From assembly GCA_002310135.1 (NCBI GenBank), contig DBYK01000001.1:244397-308396 (forward strand): DNA of 64,000 nucleotides, written 5' to 3'. Positions 29,491 through 40,541 of this stretch are shown here, in pieces (the stretch's first letter is position 1; each line of letters starts with the position of its first letter). Below the pieces are notes generated by a model. The model was not told the DNA's origin, ran no database searches, and saw only the letters and a list, made by a program, of their open reading frames with translations. The stretch comes from Bacillales bacterium UBA1188. Its GTDB lineage: Bacteria; Bacillota_I; Bacilli_A; Izemoplasmatales; UBA1188. The position numbers and the translations under genes were made by a program.

Positions 29491-30977
29491 TTTTCTTCAC
29501 CTCTTTTTAAAAAAGAAACAATAATTTTCCATTTAAATAGGAGGAAAACCAAAGTACCAATTGCTAAATTAATTGCAAAAACAATCATAGAATCTACAAA
29601 CCAGAATAAAAAACTATCAAATCTAATTTCAAATAAAGAATCAACAAATATAAATATAACAATAGTAACAAAATCAACAAAGATTTGAACAAAAAATTTT
29701 GTAATACTTCTATTAACTATATTTTTCCTTAAATAAAATACTGAAGCAATAAGCCTATAAAGTGTACTAATACAAGTTCCTATAGCAACACCACTTATTC
29801 CAAAAACAAAAACAAGGGCACAAGAAACAACTATATTGATGCAAATCTCAATTATGCAAATGTGTTGTGTTTCCTTAAAATGACCCGCAGAAAAAATAAT
29901 TGTTGTATACACAATTCTTAATGAAAAAAGAAAATATGCTAGACACATCAAATGTGAAAATACAGGATCTGAATAATTCAAATCAGAAACACCAATTGTA
30001 TAAAACAAAACAAATGGGACAAGCACATAATCAATTGTACCAAAAACAACAGTTGAAACATAATGCATTATTGCTTCAAAAAAGTCAAAGGAAACATTCA
30101 GTAACTTTTTCTTCCCTTCAACAATCAATTTTCCAAAAAAACTCTTAAAACTAGTTGAGAATGATTCAATTACCAATCGAAAACTATTAATAGGCAATAC
30201 ATATACATTATAAATTGATAAATTTCCAAATGTTGAAAAAAGCGTCAACACAATATAGTCAATGGTATTAGTAAGTGTGGTGGAAATATGTTGAACCATT
30301 CCGGACCATTTATTTTTTAATGTCGATGAATCGAACTTAGAATGTTTGTCAATCTCGTAATTCTTTTTTACATATAAAACCAATACAATTGGTTTAATTA
30401 AAAAAACAAGAGACGAGACAAGTTTGACTATTTGGATGCTTAATGAATAAGTTAAACACAAAAAAACACATATGGCATTTAAAACTGTTGTCACAATGTT
30501 GAGTATTGTAACAACGTATATCTTTTGGTCAGCATTCAAAAGCAAAGTGTTGGTAATTCCAAAAAGATATTGAGCAATATTGCTTATTGAAATTGATAAT
30601 ATAAGTGTAACAACATAAAACCAATCAAAAGTTTGTGTTTTAAATACAGAATAATAACCACACAAAAAAACAACATAAACGACAAGTATTACTGTTATTT
30701 TCTTAAAATAGCTTTGTGATGCACAATATATTTTTGAAATAGTTTGATTATCTCTACTTGACAATGGGCCATAAAGAGACACTTGGACAACAGAACCAAC
30801 ACCTAAATCCAAAAAAGATACTATTGTAAGCATTTGAGTTATTGAAGATACAAGCCCATTAACTTCAGAACCAAAAGCATTTAGAATTAGTCGTGGAATT
30901 ATTAAACCAATTATAATAGCTATAAATTGATATAATACCGATAAAAATGTATTAAGCGTCAATTTATTCTTCATCAA
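29487..30977 (-). CDS. wzx: Polysaccharide flippase (Wzx, MOP superfamily)
   Basis: 496 aa with about 12-14 TM helices. Its position in the EPS locus fits a flippase. Confidence 0.75.
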   Translation of the reverse strand: MMKNKLTLNTFLSVLYQFIAIIIGLIIPRLILNAFGSEVNGLVSSITQMLTIVSFLDLGVGSVVQVSLYGPLSSRDNQTISKIYCASQSYFKKITVILVVYVVFLCGYYSVFKTQTFDWFYVVTLILSISISNIAQYLFGITNTLLLNADQKIYVVTILNIVTTVLNAICVFLCLTYSLSIQIVKLVSSLVFLIKPIVLVLYVKKNYEIDKHSKFDSSTLKNKWSGMVQHISTTLTNTIDYIVLTLFSTFGNLSIYNVYVLPINSFRLVIESFSTSFKSFFGKLIVEGKKKLLNVSFDFFEAIMHYVSTVVFGTIDYVLVPFVLFYTIGVSDLNYSDPVFSHLMCLAYFLFSLRIVYTTIIFSAGHFKETQHICIIEICINIVVSCALVFVFGISGVAIGTCISTLYRLIASVFYLRKNIVNRSITKFFVQIFVDFVTIVIFIFVDSLFEIRFDSFLFWFVDSMIVFAINLAIGTLVFLLFKWKIIVSFLKRGEEK

Positions 30978-32133
30978 TCAATGACCTCCACTTTTGGCCA
31001 ATACTTTCAAGGCTAAAATCCTTAATACGAATTGATTCATTATGAATTATTTTTTGCCTTAATGCATTATTTTCCAAAAGTGTATTAATAGCATTAGACA
31101 AGAGTATTTCTTCTTTTGTTATAGGATCAAACGAAGTATAATGTGTCCCATCACAAACTGGAACTAAAATGCCACATTTTGATTCATAATCAATTTTATC
31201 AATAACTCTGAATTCTGAATTAGATTCTGGTGATAATATTTCTCTTGGTCCAAAGTCGCAATCAGAAGATATAATTGGTACACCTAATCCCATGACCTCT
31301 ATAAGTGAATTACCTAACCCTTCATATAAAGATGGAAAAACAAAACACTTAGAAGATGAAATAATATCTAGAGCATCCATACTAAATCCTAATAGTTTTA
31401 CACGCTCCTTTAAATTCAAATCATCTATCAATGAATTCAAATATCCCTCAAGCGATCCCTTCCCTAGTATAACTAAATCAACATTTGAGTTTGTTTTTTC
31501 CAACAAATACTTAAAAGCTCTAATTAAGTGCCATTGCCCTTTTTGATGTTCTAGTCTTCCCATTGTAACAATAAATGGTCTATCATTATTCATAGCAGTG
31601 TTTTTTGTTGTATATGGTAAATATGGATTATATATTGTTATAACTTTATCACTTTCTAATTGTAGTTTATTAATAATTTGAATACGAATTCCATCTGTAA
31701 TGGACACTATTCTATAACATTTTTTAACAGCAAAAGAATATCTTTTTTTGTCAACACCATTGAGTTTGTTATCAGCTAAAAGATTATTTCTTATAGAAAA
31801 TATTATTCGTTCTCCAATAGACGAATACGCATTTGTTCGATCAGCTTCAGGTAAAAAACTAATTGTACATTTCACTTTGAGTTTTCTTTTTAATCTTTTT
31901 ATCTTTAATATTTGTGTGGCCCTATTGATAATTCTAATTGGGAAAAATGATTGTTGTCTTTTATTCTCTATAAAATGGATTTTACCAGAATAATCATATT
32001 TTTCCTCACAAGGCAATAAAGAAAGAATGTGAACATCATAATAGTTAATTAAATAATGTGACAAGTTCGCAACTACTTTTTGCGCTCCCCCTCCAATTAA
32101 GTTAGGGATTATGAATAAAATGCTATTTTTCAA
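30964..32133 (-). CDS. Glycosyltransferase family 4
   Basis: FIIPNLIGGGAQKV N-terminus and a C-terminal FPSLYEGLGNSLIEVMGLGVPIISSD (EX7E) block. I use TTG 32133, preceded by AAGAGGTG at 6 nt. The ORF track extends to 32193. Confidence 0.8.
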   Translation of the reverse strand: MKNSILFIIPNLIGGGAQKVVANLSHYLINYYDVHILSLLPCEEKYDYSGKIHFIENKRQQSFFPIRIINRATQILKIKRLKRKLKVKCTISFLPEADRTNAYSSIGERIIFSIRNNLLADNKLNGVDKKRYSFAVKKCYRIVSITDGIRIQIINKLQLESDKVITIYNPYLPYTTKNTAMNNDRPFIVTMGRLEHQKGQWHLIRAFKYLLEKTNSNVDLVILGKGSLEGYLNSLIDDLNLKERVKLLGFSMDALDIISSSKCFVFPSLYEGLGNSLIEVMGLGVPIISSDCDFGPREILSPESNSEFRVIDKIDYESKCGILVPVCDGTHYTSFDPITKEEILLSNAINTLLENNALRQKIIHNESIRIKDFSLESIGQKWRSLIDEE

Positions 32134-33169
32134 AGAAAACACCTCTTGTTTCCTTGCTGTGGAATAATTTAAAAACAAACGATTTGTAGTCATATTTTAA
32201 TCTAGGAAACACAAAAAAAGATAAATATAGATAAAATGATTTTAATCTCAATACAGGTAAAATGAATTTCCGCGAATGCTTTAGCTTTAACTCAAAAGTC
32301 ATCTCACCCAAAAAACAAGCAAAATCATTTTTATCAAAAACACATTTTTCATTGTTTTGAGCAATAAGATTTGAAAAAATTCTCTGGATAATGGAAGGAT
32401 TAACAACATTATCATGGTCATAAAATAATCTTGAAATAGTGTCTAAATCCTCTTCTGGTAAGTCAAAATAATGATTAATTTGTCTTTTTACAATTTGTCT
32501 TGCAAAAGAGCATTGTTCGCTATTAGAACCTGTAGATATCTGTTCAGGATGTATTCTATAAATAAGCAAAAAATCATCAAGTACTTTTATTTTACCCATT
32601 TTGCACATTCTAGACCACAATTCAAAATCTTGGCTTTTTTTAATTCTTTCATCATAATAAATAGCATCAGAGAAAACTACACGTCTAAACATAGCTGTAG
32701 GATGTGAAACACCAGAATTGCGAAACAACATGCTGATTTTTGTATACCGATCATTTTTAGTCCAGTATGTGATTGAACGACATTTTTTGATGCCCGTGTA
32801 TCCATTGGACCCAACAACCACGACATTCTCATGCCTGTCTAGATATTTGACTTGTTTTTCAAGCCTATTAGGGAGAGAATAATCATCAGAGTCCATTCTA
32901 GCGACATATTTGCCTTTACAAATAAGTAAACATTTATTCAAACTTTTCGTTAATCCCAAATTTTTATCATTTTTAATGGCAACAATTCTATTGTCTAATT
33001 TTCGATATTGTTCAATTAAATCGGATGCACCATTTGTAGAGTAATCATCAACAATTATAAATTCAAAATCTTTGAATGACTGATTTAAAATACTATTAAT
33101 AGCAAGAGACAAATACTCAATCTTAGTATTAAAAACCGACATAATAACAGACACTTTTATTTCATTCAT
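32123..33169 (-). CDS. Glycosyltransferase family 2
   Basis: VSVIMSVFNTKIEYLSLAINSILNQSFKDFEFIIVDDYSTNG and MDSDD blocks. ATG 33169 overlaps the upstream TGA (ATGAATGA). Confidence 0.85.
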   Translation of the reverse strand: MNEIKVSVIMSVFNTKIEYLSLAINSILNQSFKDFEFIIVDDYSTNGASDLIEQYRKLDNRIVAIKNDKNLGLTKSLNKCLLICKGKYVARMDSDDYSLPNRLEKQVKYLDRHENVVVVGSNGYTGIKKCRSITYWTKNDRYTKISMLFRNSGVSHPTAMFRRVVFSDAIYYDERIKKSQDFELWSRMCKMGKIKVLDDFLLIYRIHPEQISTGSNSEQCSFARQIVKRQINHYFDLPEEDLDTISRLFYDHDNVVNPSIIQRIFSNLIAQNNEKCVFDKNDFACFLGEMTFELKLKHSRKFILPVLRLKSFYLYLSFFVFPRLKYDYKSFVFKLFHSKETRGVFFEK

Positions 33170-34307
33170 TGGTAATCTCCACATATAGTTTTTTTAATTT
33201 AGATAATTGCATGTTCAAATCATATCCAGCATCTAACACTTTCTCATAGTAAGTAATTCTATCGACATTTTGTATGTTATCGATACATTTTTGAATACAA
33301 TAACTCCAGGAAGAAATGGGGTCAGACAATGAACAGGCATAAATCAAGTCAGTGACAAAACTATCATCAGAAATATTTGAAGAAACCACACATTGCAATC
33401 CATTTGTCTGAGCTTCAATCAAAGACATACTCATACCCTCAAAAAATGAAGGAAAAACAAACAAATCAAAAGCAGATAAAAATCTAAAAACATCTGGTTT
33501 TTCGAGTAAAAATAAAACATCTTTTGTTATTCCCAGTTGATAAACCTGTTTTTTTATTGTTTCTAGTTCTTCTCCCACTCCGATTAAAGCCAGTTTTATA
33601 TTTTGATTGTTTTTCTTCAAATAGTTAAAAAGGTTAATTAAAAAAATGTGATTTTTAACTTTTGAAAACCTGCCCACGTGTCCAATTAGAATTTCTTCAT
33701 TTATTCCAAGTTCTTTTCTAACTTGTGCTCGATTAAACTCACTAAATGAAAAAGTTGAGGTTTCGATCGAATTATTGATAATAAGAGTTTTCTTTTTGAA
33801 AGAAAGATTGAGCGATTTAAGTACATTTTTAGAACAACCTATAATATAATCAGAGTTTTTTATATTTTGTATTCTAAAATGTTTTTTAAGAAAAAGTCTT
33901 AGTGCACTAATGTGTAATTCAGAATATTCAGGAGTGTGGGAATGAAGCACTATATGTTTAATACCTGCTGCTTTTGCTGTTTTTGAAACATATGGTTCAT
34001 CTGTACCATGAATATGTAAAATATCATAATCACCGCTAACAAAAAAGTTGAATAGTTTTTTTCTAAACAATGAAAAATTAGAAAAAGTGAGATGTTTGAT
34101 CCCTAATGAAAACACTTCAAAGCCACTTTTTTTGTATTTATTATAAAAATCACTGTCAAAATAGCAAAATCTAGTAACAAAAGCTAAATCAACATCATAA
34201 TCATCTTTAAAAAAATTCATAGAGTTATAAATGAAAGATTCAATTCCACCTGAGCTTTCAGCAAAACCACTTACATAAAATAGTACTTTTATTTTATTTG
34301 TTTTCAT
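33162..34307 (-). CDS. Glycosyltransferase family 4
   Basis: IKVLFYVSGFAESSGG N-terminus and FPSFFEGMSMSLIEAQTNGL C-terminal block. The start is ambiguous: ATG 34307 or GTG 34325. Confidence 0.78.
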   Translation of the reverse strand: MKTNKIKVLFYVSGFAESSGGIESFIYNSMNFFKDDYDVDLAFVTRFCYFDSDFYNKYKKSGFEVFSLGIKHLTFSNFSLFRKKLFNFFVSGDYDILHIHGTDEPYVSKTAKAAGIKHIVLHSHTPEYSELHISALRLFLKKHFRIQNIKNSDYIIGCSKNVLKSLNLSFKKKTLIINNSIETSTFSFSEFNRAQVRKELGINEEILIGHVGRFSKVKNHIFLINLFNYLKKNNQNIKLALIGVGEELETIKKQVYQLGITKDVLFLLEKPDVFRFLSAFDLFVFPSFFEGMSMSLIEAQTNGLQCVVSSNISDDSFVTDLIYACSLSDPISSWSYCIQKCIDNIQNVDRITYYEKVLDAGYDLNMQLSKLKKLYVEITNE

Positions 34308-35583
34308 ATGCCTTATGTTCTTCACCTTTTAATAATAAAAATAAACTGAATGTATAGGGCAGCATAGTTACCCATGTTTCGCCTTTCATTTCAAATAAAA
34401 GTAAGATAATAATCAAAGAAATAGAAAGCATCTTTAATAAACTGTTCTTGCTTTGTTTTATTGTGCCAATAAGGGGCGCAACGAAAGTTAAATATTGTGT
34501 TATTAGACCAAATATTCCAAAGTATAAGATCATTCTAACAAAACCAATATCATTTTTCATATAATAGCCACCAGTAGCCTTATCAATATAAAAACCATCC
34601 CCAATTAAAAATGTATCAAATTTAATTTTAATATCATACATTTTTAGCAAACCATCTGATGAGTCGGTGACAAAACCATACCCTTCTTTGTAATTTATTA
34701 ACAATTCAAACATCCAAGATAATGCGTGATTATTTGAAATTACATCGTAAAAAAAAGGAGCAATTGCAATAAAGACAACAACTATAATAATAATATATTT
34801 TATGATTTTTTTAATTCTCTTAAATTTTGAAAATATATTAAACAACCCCATCAAAATTGCAATCAAACCAATAAGTGCTCCAGTTCTTGCATACATGAAA
34901 CATCCAATCAACAAAAGTAAAACAAGGACAATACAACCAAATATATCTTTTTTGTTATCTATATATTTAATGAGAAGGAATTGTAAAAAAGCGATACCTA
35001 AAACACACTTCATAGAAGTTGTGAAACTCGATAACCCGGCCCAACCAAATCTTGTAGCATAGTATGAATATGAAATAATGTCTAAATCCTTTTCTGACAT
35101 GTAAATAGAAGATATTATTACATCTCGGAGAGATGGTATAAAATAAATAATTAATGAACCCACAACATAGCATGCCATACTTAATGAAAATGTAAGTAAA
35201 TAACTATCAAATTTAGATATAATTCTATTATCCTTAAAGATTATAACAGCAGGAACCAAACTATATACAAAACCACTTAACAATTTTAAAAAAGTTGTAG
35301 ATAAAAATGAAAAATCAAAGGTTAAATGTGCGATAGGGGACAATATAGAAAACAGTACAAAAAGAATAAAGAATAAAGCTGCTTCCGATATTTTTTTTCT
35401 AATTGCACACTTATTAAACATAGAAGACAAAACATTAATGTTGAAAAACAAAAACAGTCCAGTAGTGCCCCATACTAATAGTTGCTGAATCAATACATAG
35501 TCTTTAAAATAAAATGAATTGATCAAATAAATTGAAACACCTAATGCAAAGATGTTCAAATTATGATTTTTTTTATGAATCAT
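34294..35583 (-). CDS. wzy: Repeat-unit polymerase (Wzy-like) membrane protein
   Basis: About 430 aa with at least 10 TM helices and a large loop near the C-terminal third. It sits between GT genes. The start is either ATG 35583 (overlaps the upstream stop) or 35607. Confidence 0.65.
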   Translation of the reverse strand: MIHKKNHNLNIFALGVSIYLINSFYFKDYVLIQQLLVWGTTGLFLFFNINVLSSMFNKCAIRKKISEAALFFILFVLFSILSPIAHLTFDFSFLSTTFLKLLSGFVYSLVPAVIIFKDNRIISKFDSYLLTFSLSMACYVVGSLIIYFIPSLRDVIISSIYMSEKDLDIISYSYYATRFGWAGLSSFTTSMKCVLGIAFLQFLLIKYIDNKKDIFGCIVLVLLLLIGCFMYARTGALIGLIAILMGLFNIFSKFKRIKKIIKYIIIIVVVFIAIAPFFYDVISNNHALSWMFELLINYKEGYGFVTDSSDGLLKMYDIKIKFDTFLIGDGFYIDKATGGYYMKNDIGFVRMILYFGIFGLITQYLTFVAPLIGTIKQSKNSLLKMLSISLIIILLLFEMKGETWVTMLPYTFSLFLLLKGEEHKAYENK

Positions 35584-36697
35584 TGCACATTTCCTCATAT
35601 GCAGCAAGTAATTTTACAATAGTTGTTTTAAAAGAATTTGCTTCATAAAAAACTTTGCAATTGTGCTGCAATTCTTCTTTATTTAAAACTCTAACATCAT
35701 TTATTTTTTTAATTAAATCGCTTTTATCGCCATCAATAACATCAAAACCTAATTTATATTTATTCACTATTTCAGCTAAATATACTCCATGGGATACTAT
35801 AATTGGTATTCCACAAAATGCACCCTCATATAATTTGTTGGGTAAAGCAATTCTTACATTTTTTATAGTTGTATCATATTGAACGTATAGGCAATCAATC
35901 CTACTATAAATGCTAGCAATCTGGCTATCATAATCATATTGTCCTATAAAGAAGACATTCTTATTGTGTTTAGAATATTCTCTTAATGCTTTTTCGTAGA
36001 CACCACCACCAGCAAACAAAACATCAATATCCATATCATTAGAAATATCTATTAACATTTTCATTTGATTAGGATATCTAATGCTTCCAACAAAACCAAC
36101 TGTAAAACGACCCTTATGTGGAAAAAAACTAGAAAACACAGATTCATTTGGAGAATTTGTAACAAAAATAATTTGTTCTTTGTTATAAAAGTTAAAATAA
36201 TATTCTTCAAAAAATTTTGGCGAAGTAATAAGCAAACGATTAACATAATAACTACATTTTTTTTCAAAATTATATAATTGTTTTTTTATCATTCTTGAAA
36301 AGAAAGAATTGTTATCATTATATGCTAAATTGTGCATATCGCTAACATCATAAACAATCCTAACGTTATTATTTTTGTTTCTTTTGTACTCACTAGCAAC
36401 CAATAATGAATCCAACTTTGAAACATGAATACAAGATGGTTGAGTTTTTGTAATTTCTTTTAATAGTTTTTTCTGAAATAAAAAAGTTCGAAAAATCCTT
36501 AATAATGGCTTGTGATCATTTGCTCTAATAAGTATTGGAGTGACTTCACAGTTGCTGTTTTTATAAGTTAAACTATTTTTCTTTTTTTCCCAGTATATTA
36601 CTTTGACATTGAATTTTTGCTTAACTGCGTTAATTATGTTTGTATTTCTTGGCTCCGGATAACTTGGAAGTATGAACAAGATATCACATTTATCCAT
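35573..36697 (-). CDS. Glycosyltransferase (GT-B, GT4-like)
   Basis: 374 aa. GFVGSIRY...LFAGGG and a C-terminal LPNKLYEGAFCGIPIIVS block fit the GT-B architecture. Confidence 0.65.
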   Translation of the reverse strand: MDKCDILFILPSYPEPRNTNIINAVKQKFNVKVIYWEKKKNSLTYKNSNCEVTPILIRANDHKPLLRIFRTFLFQKKLLKEITKTQPSCIHVSKLDSLLVASEYKRNKNNNVRIVYDVSDMHNLAYNDNNSFFSRMIKKQLYNFEKKCSYYVNRLLITSPKFFEEYYFNFYNKEQIIFVTNSPNESVFSSFFPHKGRFTVGFVGSIRYPNQMKMLIDISNDMDIDVLFAGGGVYEKALREYSKHNKNVFFIGQYDYDSQIASIYSRIDCLYVQYDTTIKNVRIALPNKLYEGAFCGIPIIVSHGVYLAEIVNKYKLGFDVIDGDKSDLIKKINDVRVLNKEELQHNCKVFYEANSFKTTIVKLLAAYEEMCNDS

Positions 36698-37905
36698 TAT
36701 TTTTCTCCTAATAAAGATTCAATCATTAAAATAATTCTTTTGAATGAGTTTTTTCTATCAAATTCAATTTCTGCAATTTTTCTAGCATTTTTCCCCATCC
36801 GTTTGCTTATTTGAGGGTTGTTTTTTAATAAAAGGATGGCATCGCTTAATTCTTGAGGATTGTCGGGATTAACATTAATACCAAAATCATCATTTTCAAC
36901 CTTTTTTCTGAATTCTTTGTCTTCACCAGTATTTATTAAAGGAATGCCTGCTGCTAAATAATCACCAATCTTAGATACAATGCTTTGAGCAGCACCTTTG
37001 ACAAGCGAATTAACTGATACATTAGACTTTTTTAAGTAAGCAGCCATCTTTTTATAATCTACATATCCTAAAAAAACAACATTACATTCTTTTTCATTTG
37101 CATACTTTTCAAAATCTATTCTTAATGGACCATCACCTAAAATATAAAACTTTATTTCTTTATATTTGGAAAGAAGGCACGCTGAATCAATCATTGTTTT
37201 TATTCCATAACTGCTTCCTAGTGAACCTGCATATGTAACCCAGTACTCATTATTATTTTTTTCAATTTCCTTAGAATACTGAGATACTCCCTCATCGAAA
37301 ATTGACATTTCATTACCAACATAAATTGTTTCACTAAGGTCACACACAACACCATATTTGTTTGGCTCATTTTTATAAGTATCCGATGAGCCAATAAAAC
37401 CCGATGCATTTCTATAAGTTCTTTTAGCATCTCGTGAAAAATAAGAAAACAATAATGAACTAATAATTGGAATATTAAAAACCATTTTCATTGCTTCGGG
37501 CCATAAATCTTCAATATCAACAATAAAAGGAATATTATTATGCTTAGCATATTTTGATGCTAAAAAAGCAACATGATTATCTGGAATATCACAATATACC
37601 AAATCAAACTGCTTTGGTTTTATGTAATTATAAATTTTATTTGCTAATAAAAAATGACTTATTATACGTTTAGGGTCAATATTCCTCTTATAACCAATCT
37701 CATGAATTAGTTTCACTTTAATGTTGTCAATAAATAAATTAGAATCAATTTTTCTATGTTTTTTATCCCAATGTTGGAAATCACTAGTTATTAGTTCAAT
37801 ATCAAACCCATTATTAGATAATAAATTTGCTATATAAAACATTCTATTCAATCCTTTTTCACCAGGAAATGCTGTTGATGTTGTAATAACAGCTATTTTT
37901 TTCAT
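36697..37905 (-). CDS. Glycosyltransferase family 4 (WbuB-like)
   Basis: MKKIAVITTSTAFPGEKG N-terminus, YAGSLGSSYG and a C-terminal GAAQSIVSKIGDYLAAGIPLIN block. ATG 37905 has GGGGG 6 nt upstream. Confidence 0.75.
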   Translation of the reverse strand: MKKIAVITTSTAFPGEKGLNRMFYIANLLSNNGFDIELITSDFQHWDKKHRKIDSNLFIDNIKVKLIHEIGYKRNIDPKRIISHFLLANKIYNYIKPKQFDLVYCDIPDNHVAFLASKYAKHNNIPFIVDIEDLWPEAMKMVFNIPIISSLLFSYFSRDAKRTYRNASGFIGSSDTYKNEPNKYGVVCDLSETIYVGNEMSIFDEGVSQYSKEIEKNNNEYWVTYAGSLGSSYGIKTMIDSACLLSKYKEIKFYILGDGPLRIDFEKYANEKECNVVFLGYVDYKKMAAYLKKSNVSVNSLVKGAAQSIVSKIGDYLAAGIPLINTGEDKEFRKKVENDDFGINVNPDNPQELSDAILLLKNNPQISKRMGKNARKIAEIEFDRKNSFKRIILMIESLLGEK

Positions 37906-37919
37906 ATACAACCCCCAAC

Positions 37920-38618
37920 TTAATTATTGCTTTTTTTAAAAACCGCAAAAACAGTCATGAACATAATTTTTATATCTCTCCAAAAACTATATTTCTTTAT
38001 TTCCTCTAAGTTCCACTTCATCTTCTTTGGCAATACATCTTCAATATATGCTAGGTCAACATCTTCTTTGCCCTCTAAAAGTTTATCTTCATCTTTGAAC
38101 ATTATCGAAGCCATTGACGTTACTCCAGATGGTAATAGCAATGTTGCTAAGTACTCAGGTTTATATTTGTCAACATATTTAGGAACTTCAGGTCTAGTTG
38201 AAACAAATGTCATAGTTCCTCTAAATATATCAATAAGTTGACTAAATTCATCAATTCTAAGTTTTCTAATAAACTTACCAACTTTTGTTATTCTATCATC
38301 GTTTTCAATGGTAACCAAAGACCCTTTTTTATTTGCATTGCTTACCATTGAGCGAAACTTAAAAATTCTAAAACGCTTCCCATATTGAGTTACTCTTTCT
38401 TGCCTAAAGAAAACTCCACCCTTGCTATCAATCACTATTGCGAGAGATATGATTAAAAATAGTGGAAACAATATTAACAGCATTATTCCAGAAACGAATA
38501 TATCAAATACCCTTTTCCAAAATAAACTAAAGTTCTTCTTTCTTAAGAATTCATAATATGGTTTAACTTCGTCTATTTGTAATTCCTTGGGTAATTTTTC
38601 CCATTTTTTAATCAACAT
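37920..38618 (-). CDS. Undecaprenyl-phosphate sugar phosphotransferase (small PglC/WcfS-type initiating transferase)
   Basis: 232 aa with a single N-terminal TM. KRVFDIFVSG, RFRIFKFRSM and IDEFSQL blocks belong to the bacterial sugar transferase family. Confidence 0.85.
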   Translation of the reverse strand: MLIKKWEKLPKELQIDEVKPYYEFLRKKNFSLFWKRVFDIFVSGIMLLILFPLFLIISLAIVIDSKGGVFFRQERVTQYGKRFRIFKFRSMVSNANKKGSLVTIENDDRITKVGKFIRKLRIDEFSQLIDIFRGTMTFVSTRPEVPKYVDKYKPEYLATLLLPSGVTSMASIMFKDEDKLLEGKEDVDLAYIEDVLPKKMKWNLEEIKKYSFWRDIKIMFMTVFAVFKKSNN

Positions 38619-39855
38619 AGTCTTTTAAAACCTTTTTAAAAGTATCGATTATGTAATCTACTTCTTCATCAGTTAAGCATGTATGAAGAGGTAACGTTAC
38701 TTCATTTTCATAATGAGCATATGCATTAGGATAATTCTTTATATCAAATCCTAGATGCTTATAAGCAGTGTGCATAGGAAGTGGTTTGTAATGGACATTA
38801 CAGGATACTCCCTCTTCTGCCATTTTTATAATTATTTTTCTTCTTTGTTCATTTATTATGCCTGGAATTCTAGTGATATATAAATGACCTGATGAAGAAT
38901 AATCATCAGTATAATGCATAAGAGTTTCAACTCCAAGTGGTTTGAATGCATTATCATATCTTGTGATAATGCCTTTTCTTCTTTGAAGCATACCTGGATA
39001 TCGTTCAAACTGTTTTAAGCCAATAGCCGCAACAACATCAGTCATATTACATTTATACCAAGTTCCAACAATATCATATTCCCACATGCCAGGTTTATTT
39101 TTATTTAAAGCATCTTTTGATTGACCATGAAGAGAATATAATTGAACTTGATGATATATTTCAGAATCGTCTATTCCCTCTATATGATTCCACATCATTG
39201 CTCCACCTTCAGCAGTTGTAAAATTCTTAACTGCATGAAAACTAAAATTGGTAAAATCAGCGATAGATCCGACCATCTTTCCTTTATAAGAAGCACCAAT
39301 AGCGTGAGCTGCATCATCAACTATTGCTACTCTCCCAATTGCTTTTTGTATTTTATTAGATGGTTTAAATAGACCCTTCTTTCTTTCAACAATCTCAAAA
39401 ATTCGATCATAATTACATGGAATACCACCTAAATCAATTGGAATAATTGCCTTAGTATGTTCATTTATTGCCTTTTCTAATGCATCATAATCCATTTCTA
39501 GATTGTTCTTTTGACAATCAATCAAAACTAATTTTGCACCTATATGGCAAACAACTGATGCGGAAGCAGTGTATGTATATGCACATGTGATTACTTCATC
39601 AAGTTCACTTCCACCTTCTTGTGGGCCAATTCCTAACAATCTAAGAGATAATTCACCACAAGCAGTTTGTGAATTTAGGCAAACACAATTTGGAGCATCT
39701 ATAGGTACTCCAACATACTTTGCTAATTTCTTTTCTAGTTCTTTAACCCTAGGCCCTGTAGTAATCCACCCAGACTTTAAAACTTTTGTTACTTCTTCAA
39801 TTTCTAATTCACTAATGTCGGGTGGACTAAATGGTATGTTCATTTTTTTTGTCAT
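38608..39855 (-). CDS. DegT/DnrJ/EryC1-family sugar aminotransferase (4-keto-6-deoxy-HexNAc aminotransferase-like)
   Basis: 415 aa. PFSPPDISELEIEEV, DDAAHAIGA and FSFHAVKNFTTAEGG (PLP Lys) blocks. Confidence 0.85.
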   Translation of the reverse strand: MTKKMNIPFSPPDISELEIEEVTKVLKSGWITTGPRVKELEKKLAKYVGVPIDAPNCVCLNSQTACGELSLRLLGIGPQEGGSELDEVITCAYTYTASASVVCHIGAKLVLIDCQKNNLEMDYDALEKAINEHTKAIIPIDLGGIPCNYDRIFEIVERKKGLFKPSNKIQKAIGRVAIVDDAAHAIGASYKGKMVGSIADFTNFSFHAVKNFTTAEGGAMMWNHIEGIDDSEIYHQVQLYSLHGQSKDALNKNKPGMWEYDIVGTWYKCNMTDVVAAIGLKQFERYPGMLQRRKGIITRYDNAFKPLGVETLMHYTDDYSSSGHLYITRIPGIINEQRRKIIIKMAEEGVSCNVHYKPLPMHTAYKHLGFDIKNYPNAYAHYENEVTLPLHTCLTDEEVDYIIDTFKKVLKDYVD

Positions 39856-39874
39856 TTTTCTCCTAATAAATAAC

Positions 39875-40462
39875 TTAATCTAATAAACCAAGGAGAGAAG
39901 ATAAGTTACTGTGTGAATTATTATCGCCTATTTTCTTTGCAGGAACACCCCCCCATGTTGTTCCTGGTTCTTCAACACTTTTACAAACAACTGCATTAGC
40001 ACCAATTGCTACATCATTCGCAATACAAATGTCGCCAATTATTTTGGCGCCTGTGCCAATAAAAACATTGTTTCCAATAGTAGCAGATTTTGAAGAACCA
40101 TTCGTAGCCCCAATTGTAACACCTTCTTGTATTCTGCAATTACTTCCAATTATAGCATTATCGCCAATTACTATTGAACCATAGTGAACCAAACATAAAC
40201 CCGGTCCAATATTAAAAGAAGCAATAGAAAAGCATAATCTATGGCTTAATACTGAAAAACGATAATTATAAAACAACTTAAAAGGCAATATTAAAATAGA
40301 TTTGAATCTATTTTTAATATTCGAGTAATAATCTTTTTTTCTATATGCAATAATAAACTTCCAAATGTCATCTCCAAAAAACCGTGGTCTAATTGATTTC
40401 CTTCCATTTGCTTTTGCATCTTCCTGAAGAAAGTATAGTAGTTCATCCTTACTGTAAATCAT
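39875..40462 (-). CDS. Hexapeptide acetyltransferase (serine-acetyltransferase-like fold)
   Basis: VHYGSIVIGDNAIIGSNCRIQEGVTIG...IGNNVFIGTGAKIIGDICIANDVAIGANAVV. Confidence 0.75.
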   Translation of the reverse strand: MIYSKDELLYFLQEDAKANGRKSIRPRFFGDDIWKFIIAYRKKDYYSNIKNRFKSILILPFKLFYNYRFSVLSHRLCFSIASFNIGPGLCLVHYGSIVIGDNAIIGSNCRIQEGVTIGATNGSSKSATIGNNVFIGTGAKIIGDICIANDVAIGANAVVCKSVEEPGTTWGGVPAKKIGDNNSHSNLSSLLGLLD

Positions 40463-40541
40463 AATATCCTCTAAAAATCTAAAACAAAAAATAATTTTAG
40501 CATTCTTAGTATTCTATAAATAGTTTACTAATAAGCCACAA

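Noticed and set aside
35567-35574. An A8/T8 homopolymer six nt into the wzy reading frame, considered as a slipped-strand phase-variation switch.
   Set aside because: Runs of 7-8 A/T are common throughout this window, including in intergenic regions and other genes. Nothing distinguishes this one, and strain-comparison data are not available.
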